Below, one piece after another: positions 1 to 10,096 of a DNA stretch of 64,000 bases. Numbering within the stretch: position 1 is the first letter of the stretch; each line of letters begins with the position of its first letter. A program made the position numbers and the translations under genes. Source of the stretch: Octopus bimaculoides. Its lineage: Eukaryota. The stretch covers positions 17,878,259 to 17,942,258 of the forward strand of contig NC_069006.1 of assembly GCF_001194135.2 (NCBI RefSeq), read 5' to 3'. Below the pieces are notes generated by a model that worked only from the letters and a program-made list of their open reading frames with translations, was not told the DNA's origin and did no database searches.

Positions 1-48
<48 letters not shown>
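1..48. repeat. (AC)n microsatellite (one of dozens of AC/AT/AG/ATT/GAT/GGT microsatellites in the window)
   Basis: Pure dinucleotide run. Confidence 0.98.
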
Positions 49-50
<2 letters not shown>

Positions 51-51
51 T

Positions 52-213
52 ATACAGCAGGCTCTTTCAGTTTCCATCTAGCAAATTAACTCACATAAGA
101 TTTAGGCCGGCCTGGGGCTACAGTAGAAGTCACTAGCCTGATGTACCACACAACAGAACTGAACCTGGAACCATGTAGTTGAGAAGCAAGCTTCTTTCCA
201 CACAGCCACGCCT
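52..213 (-). mobile_element. SINE family A, 5' half
   Basis: Reverse complement gives head GGCGTGGCTGTGTGG (A-box-like) and GGTTCAGTTC (B-box-like), then the body shared with copies at 15112, 36485 and 62185. Confidence 0.85.
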
Positions 214-645
214 TCTATGTTTATTAATTGCTCATTTTTTTTGTAAGGTTTACTTTATTTCTTAGTTCTTCATTTAGCTATCAGTCTCTTCATCTCTCCC
301 TCTTTCTGCCAGTAGACAGGAGGAGCCTTAAACCACTTGAGACCAATTCTGGCGCTCTGATTGAAAGCCTCTAATTATAAAAACATTCATATTTAAATTT
401 GAAGTTTTTAAAAATTGGAACTTTCATAATAATTTCATGTGAGAATGTTTTGTCTCTTTACATTTCAAGTAACTGTTTCTCATGTGGGAACAAAGCCAGG
501 AATTTGTGTGGAAGGGGTTAGTGAGTTGCATCAACCCCTGTACATGTCTCATACATTATTTTATCAACTTTTTATCAATAGGCACAGGAGTGGCAGTGTG
601 GTAAGTGGCTTTGTGAAGACATTTTAGGCCACTTTACATCAAGCT

Positions 646-834
646 TTAACCCTTTTAGCACCAACCCATCCAAGACCACCACTTTCTATATAAAGTGATC
701 TAAATTGAAACTTCCCATTAAAATTCCTCATTAATTTATGTTCTAATTACTAGCCTAGTAATTACCAAGATATTTTACCAAATTCTTTATTATTTTCAAA
801 ACAAATGCAATGTAAATATGGTAACAAAAGGGTT
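646..834. mobile_element. piggyBac-like MITE, family I
   Basis: TTAA then CCCTTTTAGCACC at left; GGTAACAAAAGGG at right (imperfect TIR). Related copy at about 21338-21560. Confidence 0.7.
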
Positions 835-1317
835 GTTTCATAGGGCAATATTTGGGACAAGTTTGTAAAATATAAAAATTGTTCATTAACCTATAAAAAA
901 ACTAAGACAATTTTTCTACTACTTCTTAATTTCCACGTTTTAGTAGGGGTCATTCTTTTAGCCAATCACCTGCATCATCAGAGGAGTATGACATTGCTAT
1001 ATTATGTAGTTGAAGACTAAGATGTTGTCTGCAGATAAAACAGACCCCTCAAACAAATCTGTTTGCATAATACATACGATTCCTTTGGCAAAAAACAATT
1101 TTATTGCATTTAATACTAACAGCTGGAAACAATTAGTTGATTTCCCAAGAAAGCAGCTGTAATTTGAGTGCAAAGTGAGTGAAATTATCACCAAAACTAT
1201 GGCAAAGCTGGGAATTAATTTTTATGATGTGGAATCACTTATTGCAAAGCCACTTGAAGAATCACTGCCCCCCCCCCGACCATTGTGAATATAATTTATA
1301 TCATTAGGATAACAGAA

Positions 1318-1645
1318 TATGGCCTTGAGGTACTTGAAACTTCTCTATGGTTCTCAGTGATGTTCCACTAATATGCAGAGTGTACTGGGAAGTCTTTCTT
1401 GAGAGGATCAATGTCTCAGACTTTGCAAAACTAACTCTGATTCCTGCCTTGCAGCACTCAGCAGTGAACTCATTCACTTCCATGCTGGAGATCACCTTCT
1501 GATGAGTCAAGAAGCACTGTGTTGCCGGTAAATATCAGCAGATCAATCCTACATCCACAGATTGTGATACAACTTCTACAATGGTTTGCACATATCAATC
1601 CACTTCATAAAAATTAGGAAGAAAAGCGGTGACAATACACACCCC
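1318..1645 (-). mobile_element. Decayed RTE-clade (Expander-like) LINE reverse transcriptase fragment, inverted part of the insertion
   Basis: Across frameshifts the minus strand reads GCVLSPLFFLIFMKWID ... CRIDLLIFTGNTVLLDSSEGDLQH ... FTAECCKAGIRVSFAKSETLILSRK ... EKF-KYL, matching RT motifs QGCVLSP, LFADD (degenerate) and FKYLG. Confidence 0.85.
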
Positions 1646-1889
1646 AGCCAAATTCATCAAGCTGAGCCAAATTCATCAAGCTGAGCCAACTAGCAGGAGA
1701 CTCTGGAGTAGACCAAGAACAAGATGGCTTGGATAATATCCATAGTCTCATTTGGTCATGCTTGGGAATCCATTTGGAAAGTCTAATGACAGTTGTTGCT
1801 TCTGATAGGATTCTGTGGAGGAGGTGCCTGAGGACTCTACCCCCATGACTTTCCCAAGAATAGTTACCCGGAAAAGATGGATGGAGGAT
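1646..1889 (+). mobile_element. 3' end of the same RTE LINE (non-inverted part) with (GATG)-type tail
   Basis: Plus strand reads QAEPTSRRLWSRPRTRW ... LIWSCLGIHLESL ... SDRILWRRCLRTLPP across a frameshift; ends GAAAAGATGGATGG. Confidence 0.8.
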
Positions 1890-2031
1890 AATAGAAATCT
1901 ATTCCATTATTTTACATACATTTATTGTGAAAGCTTAAAGAAATAATAAACATAATAATACATAACACGCTGTGTTCCAGAACTAACTAATGTTATAATA
2001 ATTGTATAGGCTATACATATTACTCAAATAT

Positions 2032-2343
2032 GTGGAGGCGCAATGGCCCAGTGGTTAGGGCAGCGGACTCGCGGTCGGAGGATTGCAGTTTCGATTCCCA
2101 GACCGGGTGTTGTGTGTTTATTGAGCGAAACACCTAAGCTCCACGAGGCTCCGGCAGGGGGTGGTGGCGGCCCTGTTGTACTCTTTCGCTCCAACTTTCT
2201 CTCACTCTTTCTTCCTGTTTCTTGAGTAACGCTGCGATGGACTGGCGTCCCGTCCAGCTGGGGGGGGAACACATACGCCATAGAAACCGGGAAACCGGGC
2301 CCATGAGCCTAGCTAGGCTTTGAAAGAGCAACGTTTATTGTTT
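2032..2343 (+). mobile_element. Full-length chimeric tRNA-derived SINE (family C body + family B tail) with 14-bp TSD
   Basis: A box TGGCCCAGTGG, B box GTTTCGATTCC; TATTACTCAAATAT at 2018-2031 and 2344-2357. Confidence 0.9.
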
Positions 2344-2352
2344 TATTACTCA

Positions 2353-2429
2353 AATATAAATTAGAAGCAGTGCTAGTATCATAAACATCAATGATATTTA
2401 CTACACTAGCACTGCTTCTAATTTATATT
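2353..2429. repeat. Perfect 25-bp inverted repeat with 27-nt loop
   Basis: AATATAAATTAGAAGCAGTGCTAGT (2353-2377) is the exact reverse complement of ACTAGCACTGCTTCTAATTTATATT (2405-2429). Confidence 0.95.
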
Positions 2430-2721
2430 GGAATTTATTCCTATTTATGCATCGTTCTGACATACCAGCAAATGGTTTTTACATCACAGGCTAGCAGTTC
2501 AGTTCAAGTGTGTGATGTTGATAAGCCACAAAAATGGCAAAACAGAGATATCTATCACTTCTGAATGAGATTCGGAGTGAGCTGTCTCACCTGTCTCTAT
2601 GACTTTCAAGTGTTTTATCACCTGGCATTTTGTGGGAACCATCCTCACCATGCTGAACTGCTGCCTATGGCAAACATGCAGTGCACATACACAAGTACGT
2701 TTGATTGATAATGTTTAAATA

Positions 2722-2825
2722 TATTATCTTTTAGCTTTTACTTGTTTCAGTCATTTGACTGTGGCCATACTGGAGCACTGCCTTGAAGAGTTTAACCATA
2801 CAAATCGACCCCACTATTTCTTATT
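2722..2825 (-). mobile_element. SINE family A, 3' tail
   Basis: TTTTACTTGTTTCAGTCATTTGACTGTGGCCATACTGGAGCAC is the reverse complement of the family A tail. Confidence 0.85.
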
Positions 2826-2835
2826 NNNNNNNNNN

Positions 2836-3203
2836 CATCAATGATATTTACTACACTAGCACTGCTTCTAATTTACATTTTGTGTTCTTTTCTGTTGTTG
2901 GGAGTGTGTAAACTCTTCCCGGTATTGTATTGCATAGTTTCTTTTTTGTTATGAGACGTGGTGCATTCTTTTGTTGTATTAGTGTTGTGTATGTAATGTG
3001 TTGGCTATCTGACCTGCTGGTGGTAGTTTATTTCATTGGATATTCGTTATATAGAGTATGTCTTGAGTTTGTGGATTGTTTTGTTTAGGTTGCATAATTG
3101 AATCAATAGCATCTTGCATAAGATGTGGGCTGTTCCTAGCAGGGTTATTTTTTTGGATAGAGTGCAGTGTTGGGGATCCAGGTATAGCTTCTACATTTTT
3201 GTT
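2836..3203 (-). mobile_element. 5'-truncated R4/Dong-like RLE non-LTR retrotransposon (ORF C-terminus + 3' UTR)
   Basis: Minus strand reads KNVEAIPGSPTLHSIQK then, after one extra A, ITLLGTAHILCKMLL, matching the R4/Dong C-terminal QKxxLLGTAHILRKVL. The 5' junction abuts (AAT)n at about 3205-3253. Confidence 0.8.
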
Positions 3204-3208
3204 CATTA

Positions 3209-3249
<41 letters not shown>

Positions 3250-3870
3250 ATAATGATGCCATTTTATTCTCTATTTTTCAGTCATTCGAGTCTTTCCAGA
3301 ATACAATGAAAAATTCCATAAATAAAAAGCACCATCAGTCCCAGTTAGCTGCCCAGCTTCCCCCTCCAGCCAACCTTGTCTCGCCATCTCTTACCAGTCC
3401 TCTGGCACCACGCCCGCCATCGCCATTACAACCTCCACACTGCTTAGCCAATGATATNNNNNNNNNNNNNNNNNNNNNNNNNNNNNNNNNNNNNNNNNNN
3501 NNNNNNNNNNNNNNNNNNNNNNNNNNNNNNNNNNNNNNNNNNNNNNNNNNNNNNNNNNNNNNNNNNNNNNNNNNNNNNNNNNNNNNNNNNNNNNNNNNNN
3601 NNNNNNNNNNNNNNNNNNNNNNNNNNNNNNNNNNNNNNNNNNNNNNNNNNNNNNNNNNNNNNNNNNNNNNNNNNNNNNNNNNNNNNNNNNNNNNNNNNNN
3701 NNNNNNNNNNNNNNNNNNNNNNNNNNNNNNNNNNNNNNNNNNNNNNNNNNNNNNNNNNNNNNNNNNNNNNNNNNNNNNNNNNNNNNNNNNNNNNNNNNNN
3801 NNNNNNNNNNNNNNNNNNNNNNNNNNNNNNNNNNNNNNNNNNNNNNNNNNNNNNNNNNNNNNNNNNNNNN

Positions 3871-4082
3871 CATCATGATCGTAAGATTGTGGTTTCGATT
3901 CCTGGACCGGGCAACGCGTTGTGTTCTTGAGCAAAACACTTCATTTTCACGTTGCTCCAGTCCACTCGGCTGGCAAAAATGAGTAACGCTGTGATGGACT
4001 GGCGTCCCGTCCAGCTGGGGAACACATACGCCATTGAAACCGGGAAACCGGTCCCATGAGCCTGGCTTTAAAAGGGCACATT
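3871..4082 (+). mobile_element. SINE family B (head partly in gap)
   Basis: B box GTTTCGATTCC, CORE-like TTGAGCAAAACACTTCA, tail GTGATGGACTGGCGTCCCGTCCAG. Confidence 0.85.
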
Positions 4083-4159
4083 TATTCATTTTTATTTTTG
4101 GACATTGGACTGCATGGCTATCCAGGGGCAAACAAACTTCAGTTTATAATGTTGGATTT

Positions 4160-4357
4160 GAAATTTGGCCAGCAAGTTTGTTGGAGTGGGTAAGTCAATT
4201 ACCTCGACGTCAAGTGCTCAGCTGGTACTTATTTTATTGATCACTGAAACGGCTGCAAGGCAAAGTCAGCCTCCAAGGAATTTGAACGTAAAGACAGATG
4301 AAATGTCATTAAGCATTCTACCCAGCATGCTAATGGTTGCGCCAGCCTGCCATCTTA
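4160..4357 (-). mobile_element. SINE family D, diverged
   Basis: Matches the reverse complement of the copy at 5361-5585. Confidence 0.75.
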
Positions 4358-4682
4358 GTTTAGTTGTTAATATTGATTTCAAGTATTTATTTTTATCAAT
4401 CTCCCAGAAGACTAAAAGGCCAAGTGTGACCCAAGCAGGATTGAAAGTCTGATTGTAAATGGATTTAATCAAATATCACAAAATAATTTTCTCTCAGCTC
4501 CTTCCTATTAATCATTGTCCTCCAGAGTCCATAACAGAGGAATCTAAAACTAGTTACCCATGGGAGCTCCTCTGTGTTGATGACCTTGTTCTTATAGCTG
4601 TGTATACAGATACATTTATTTATATAAAAGTTTGTGTGTGTCTCCTTATCTTGATAATGTAAAGGATAAAGAGGATGAAAAT

Positions 4683-4924
4683 TCTTCCTGACTCATATTG
4701 ACTCCCTAGGGCCAGTTTCCTTTCTATGTGGTGTATATATTAATCCCCTGGATAGGATGCCAATCCATAGCAGGATTACTCATTTTTACTAGCTGCATGG
4801 ACTGAAGCAACATGAAACAAAGTGTTTTGCTCAAGAGCACAATGCATTGCTCTTTTCAGGAATTGAAACCACAATCTTACAACCACGAGTCCAATACCCT
4901 AATCACTAAGCTATGGGCCTCCAC
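4683..4924 (-). mobile_element. SINE family B, full length, diverged
   Basis: Reverse complement begins GTGGAGGCCCATAGCTTAGTGATTAGGG and contains the CORE-like and GCTATGGATTGGCATCCTATCCAGG blocks. Confidence 0.8.
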
Positions 4925-5310
4925 GCTTGATATTTTGCAATGGTCGTAAATGATTGTCATTCATTTCTCACCTTCTGTGGAAAGAAACAGGTCTGACTCT
5001 AAGGGGAATATTAGTTTACTTTACTGGACCCCACCAAAGGTTGGTGATAAGGTGGGCATCCAGCCATGACCAATGCAAGGATGGAAAATGGACATTAAAA
5101 TGATGATGATGATATATACTTGTGTTATGCCCACCTTAGCATTACTTTTGAGACATTCATGAGCTGTGCAAGTCCAGAGCCAACTGCTTGCCATCATTCT
5201 TGGCAGACAACCAATCCCCTGACCTGCAGCAGAACCTTGACCAGCCACAGCCGGATGCACCGTGACCCATCTTCTTGTCCCATGTGATGTTCTTGATCAT
5301 TGTCGATGAA

Positions 5311-5360
<50 letters not shown>

Positions 5361-5585
5361 GGAAGGCAGCAAGTTGGTAGAATCGTTAGCACACTGCGCG
5401 AAATGCTTGGTGGTATTTTGTCTATCATCACGTTTTGAGTTCAAATGCCACCAGGGTTGATTTTTGCCTTTCGTCCTTTTGGGAGTTGATAAAATAAGTA
5501 CCAGCTGAGCACTGGGGGTCAATGTAATTGACTATCCCCTTCCCCAAAATTTCAGGCCTTGTGCCTATAGCAGAAAGGATTATTA
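5361..5585 (+). mobile_element. SINE family D, full length, preceded by (TAT)n
   Basis: GAAGGCAGCAAGTTGGTAGAATCGTTAGC head, GAGTTCAAAT B box, AGAAAGGATTATT tail. Confidence 0.85.
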
Positions 5586-5913
5586 TCATCATCATCATCA
5601 TCATCATCATATGTAACCATAGAATCTGCATCTCATGATGAATCTTGAAATGGGCATCTACTAAAAGATCACTCCACACACTCATAAGTTTACTCTACAC
5701 ATCTCTCTTTCTCTCTCTCTCTCTCTCTCTGCCTCTCTTTATCACTTTCTATACATACACATGCAACACACACATACATGTGTGTGTGTGTGTGTAAAAC
5801 ACTATTAAAACCGTATACATGTGTATATCATAAACAAAGATTGAAATAACAAATACTCGACTCCCTGATGGAAATCACACCATACATCTGTTGGGAAGTG
5901 GGCAAGCTTTAGC

Positions 5914-5956
<43 letters not shown>

Positions 5957-6269
5957 CACAATGATAATAATATTCTTGAGGGACATCTCCAAATTTAATG
6001 CTCTAATTAAGCATGCAAATGTTTTATCTGCTGTAGGAAGCATTTGTCTCATGAGGGACACATCGCATGATTCATAAACGACACCACCCACGTCTTGCTT
6101 GGTTAGCTTAAGTAACACACACGCATGCACACACACACACATACATGTACACACATACATGTACACACATACATCTCTTTCTATGCCTGGGAGAACAGAT
6201 AACATTGTCATCTTGTATTTTGAGGGGAATTTAGCAATTTAGCTGGTCTAGAACGAGTGAAGGGAACCT

Positions 6270-6957
6270 GCATATGGTCTCTCTAGCTGTTAGAAATAAC
6301 AGTCAGATCTACTCAAAAGTCACACCTTCAAATCACATCTTAAAATAAGGGATGGACATGTTGGATGGCACAGTCGTAGATGGATGCACAATGAGCTTAA
6401 AAACTAGATGATCATAGCTGGAATTACCATCTTAGATTGTAGATAGGTCTACTCCTTCAGTGCTGACCTGGGGCTAAACCACAACAGCAGTAATGTAAAC
6501 ACAACACTGCACCAGCCTCTTTAAAGTTTCTTAACCTGCTAGATGTAGCAGCTAAATATATCTTAATTCATATCTTACCATTTTAAAATTTAAAACTAAA
6601 AACATTAGATAATGCATTCCTAGACAGACATATGTGTAGAAATTAGACTAAATGGTCATGGTTGGAGAACACCCTTTGGTCATGTATCTGCTTGATCAGG
6701 ATCTAGCTGGGACTAAACAACTGAAACAGCAACAAAATCAACCTCTTTAAGGTTTCTTGACCTGCTAGATGTAGCAGCTAAATATCTTTCAATTCATATC
6801 CTACTGTTTTAAAATTTAAAAGGAAAATTTTGAACTAGCAACATCAGATAATGCAATCCAAGACAGGCATATATCTAGAAATAAGACTGGATGGTCATAA
6901 CTGGAGCATCTTTGGTCATGTATCTTCTTGATCAGGGTCCTCTTGGGACTGAACAGT
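6270..6957 (+). mobile_element. Three head-to-tail copies of SINE-like family F
   Basis: Repeating (CTG)CTAGAxxTAGCAGC ... GATGGTCAT ... GGGxCTAAAC blocks; copies 2 and 3 recur with about 226-bp period. Confidence 0.75.
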
Positions 6958-7780
6958 CATCACCACCAGTCTACTCTGTTTATGGTTCCTGCTTTAACAT
7001 GTTCACATGTCCAATAATTAACTCTTTTGTTCATTTACTCCATCTAACTCCACCGATCATCATCATCATCATCATCATCATACTATTTTACATACTCTTT
7101 TGTGTTTACCCTCTACAGTTACCCCCACCCCCTCCACACATACAACCCACTCTTTCCCTCGCTTTCTATTTTTCTCTCCCCTCCACAATTTTCTCTAATG
7201 ACTCTTTCAGTTGATTACTCGTTAGCTAATGAGATTTTTCCTTTTTTTCCTTTAGATCTTTGGGGGTTTTTTTGTTGTTGTTTTTTTCCCTTGTTTAGTT
7301 TTGTTTTTATTTTATTTATCTTTATTTTCTTTGTATTTTTTATCCTCCTCCCCAGTTGTTTTCTTTCATTTCCTTTCATGAAACATTAAAATCATTATCA
7401 CATGTTTACATAAGGAAATAATAATAACAATAATAATAATAATAATAATAATAATAACTGCAAAAGAGAAAAATTATATATAAAAAAAAATACAGTAAAA
7501 GAAAAATAGAAGTGTTGTAAATTACTTGTCTATTAAAGTGTTCTAAAGCATTTAAATATGATCAATAAGCTGTGGAAATTTAGTGCAGATCTATACCATT
7601 GTCCTATCCTGTCCTGAGTATTATGTAGACTTCCACCACCACCACCACCACCACTTCTTACTCTGCCCATTGTGGTAATCTCATCCTGCTACCCCCCACC
7701 TCCCTCACACACAGCAGCGGGATGTCTCTCAGTTGTACTTGTTATTAAAAGATCAACATCGCTTCTTTTTTATGGTGCTC

Positions 7781-7834
<54 letters not shown>

Positions 7835-7978
7835 CATATATATATATATATATATACACACACACGCACACACACAAACACACTGATATAGAAACAAACA
7901 TCAATAAATATATATGTATATATTTATATATGTACACAGACACACAAACATCAATATATGTATGCATACAAACATCAT

Positions 7979-8035
<57 letters not shown>

Positions 8036-8950
8036 ACGCATGCAAACATCAATATAACAACGCACAAATATCAATATATGTGTATATGCACATATGCATT
8101 AACATCAATAAATATACAAACATCAATATATACACAAGTACATCCACAAAGTGTATATCTATATAAATAAAATAATCTCGAGTGTGTCGACTTCGATGAA
8201 TCAATATTAAAACCTATCAGCTCGCCTTTGGTTGCGGTTTGTTGCAACGATTTCAGCTCAGCGCTGGCCATTGTCCATTTGTATAGTGACATCATTGTCT
8301 TGCTTCATCATTAATGACTTGAGCGTGGCGGCCTGGCATTCATGTACGAAAGGTGAGCTAGTACAATATGGTATCTCATTGTGTAGTGTGCGTATCACTT
8401 GACACAGGTATCAATATTCTGCTTAGAAAGCTTGTATTACAGGTTTAACATTGCTTTGGCACTTTTCTTCTTTGTTTTTGTCTTCTTTTAAATTATTATG
8501 TGACAGTCCGTTTGTTCTGCAATCCTCTCACAAGGACTGGTCACTAACCTGTGTCATTTCTGTTAGAGTATAAAGGTTGTTGTTGTCAGTGGTGGTGGTG
8601 GTGGTGGTGGTGGTGGTTTGGAGGCAAACAGCTTTGTATTCAAAGTTATTCCAGCTGTGACTATTCTGTTTTATATATTCAGAGTATAACATACCTGGGG
8701 CGGTGGTTCTTCAATCTTGTGATACCAACCCATCTGAAACTGCTCCAGGTTTTATCTTACCAAAGTCAAGTCAACTTTTGGGGGTCATGCACCATTGCAA
8801 GTGCATCAGTGCATCCACCATTTGTCAGTATTCGTTCAGGTCATCTTGAGTAATCCTCTGAGCAGTGTCCCAGTTGGTTCCATCTCTACAAGATAGTTCC
8901 ACCTTGACCATGAGGCATGTGGCCAACCAACACAAGTTGTCACTCCAGCT

Positions 8951-9135
8951 GGATTCTTAGGAAAGAGAGTACCGTACTCAGGATTCTCAGACAAGCGAAC
9001 AGAGTACGTAGGATCCTCAAACAAGAGAACAGAGTGCACAGGGTTCTCAAACAAGAGAACAGAGTACGTAAGATTCTCAGACAAGAGAACAGTGTACATA
9101 GGATCCTCAAACAAGAGAACAGAATACATAGGGTC
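8951..9135. repeat. 30-bp minisatellite, about 6 units
   Basis: Unit GGATTCTCAGACAAGAGAACAGAGTACGTA repeats in exact 30-bp register. Confidence 0.95.
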
Positions 9136-9416
9136 CAACCTCAAAAAAATCAAGCCACATGACCAAACAGTCCGATCTCACACTCTTGAATCGTGCAGAT
9201 AAGAGGACACATTCCAGTTTCTGAGTATAGTCCTTGGTTGGATACAAAATCCAACGATAGCCTATAATCCTGCAAAGTACCCTGGTACCAAAGGATTATG
9301 AAAGTGACCTAAATTAAAATTTTGTATTTACATTTCATGTTAATTTTTCTTCCAAACACCAAATTCATGAAGACAAAGTCATTTTACTAAATTCTTCCCA
9401 TACACCCACTGTTGTA

Positions 9417-9514
<98 letters not shown>

Positions 9515-10061
9515 AATACACACACACACATCCTCTCCATAATCATCTGACCTGCAAGAAATATCAACCAAATTCTCACAAATCTCAGCCTGCCTAGTCC
9601 CAGATATATAAAAAGATGGGATGGTCATGGCTGGAATGCCTGTGTTCAAAGGTCCTGCCTATAGCCAGCTGTACAACAACATGTAGTCATTACCCCTGTG
9701 CCTCATAGTTGTTTCATGAACCCTGCCACCTTGTACAGTCACATCTCATGAATGCCACCACCTTGTATAGTCACATCTTCTCCAGCACTTTGTATAATCA
9801 CATGGTTCTGTACCGACATAGACATGTTATTCAATCTCAACCTAATTAGCTCGCTGTTAATAAATAAAGCCACATGTTTATGTCTATATTTCAGAAGCTA
9901 AATCACCACACACCCACATTATCTCCGACTGCTAATTAGTTTTAATTAGCTTCAGCGCTAAGTTTTCACTGATGATGCTCTATATTATGTAGTAATTGCT
10001 TGCCAGATAAGCCTGGTGATATCATACATAGACTCTTCCTTCCTGTAGAATTAGTTTCCTA

Positions 10062-10096
<35 letters not shown>

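Noticed and set aside
437-490. Su(H)/CSL paired site (TGTGAGAA, TGTGGGAA)
   Set aside because: The two strong motifs are co-oriented and about 45 bp apart, not the head-to-head 15-17-bp arrangement.
2032-2110. Possible tRNA gene
   Set aside because: Has A and B boxes but no closed acceptor stem, and continues into a SINE body bracketed by a TSD.
2836-3253. Dong-like element as the partner LINE of SINE D
   Set aside because: The Dong-like sense strand abuts (AAT)n whereas D carries (ATT)n in sense, and no shared 3' tail sequence is visible.
5115-5310. Possible additional LINE 3' fragment on the minus strand
   Set aside because: Only a faint resemblance to RTE C-termini; no diagnostic motif could be read.
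8951-9135. CRISPR-like array (also considered for 38245-38590 and 59320-59720)
   Set aside because: Units are contiguous with no unique spacers; eukaryotic context; no cas genes.
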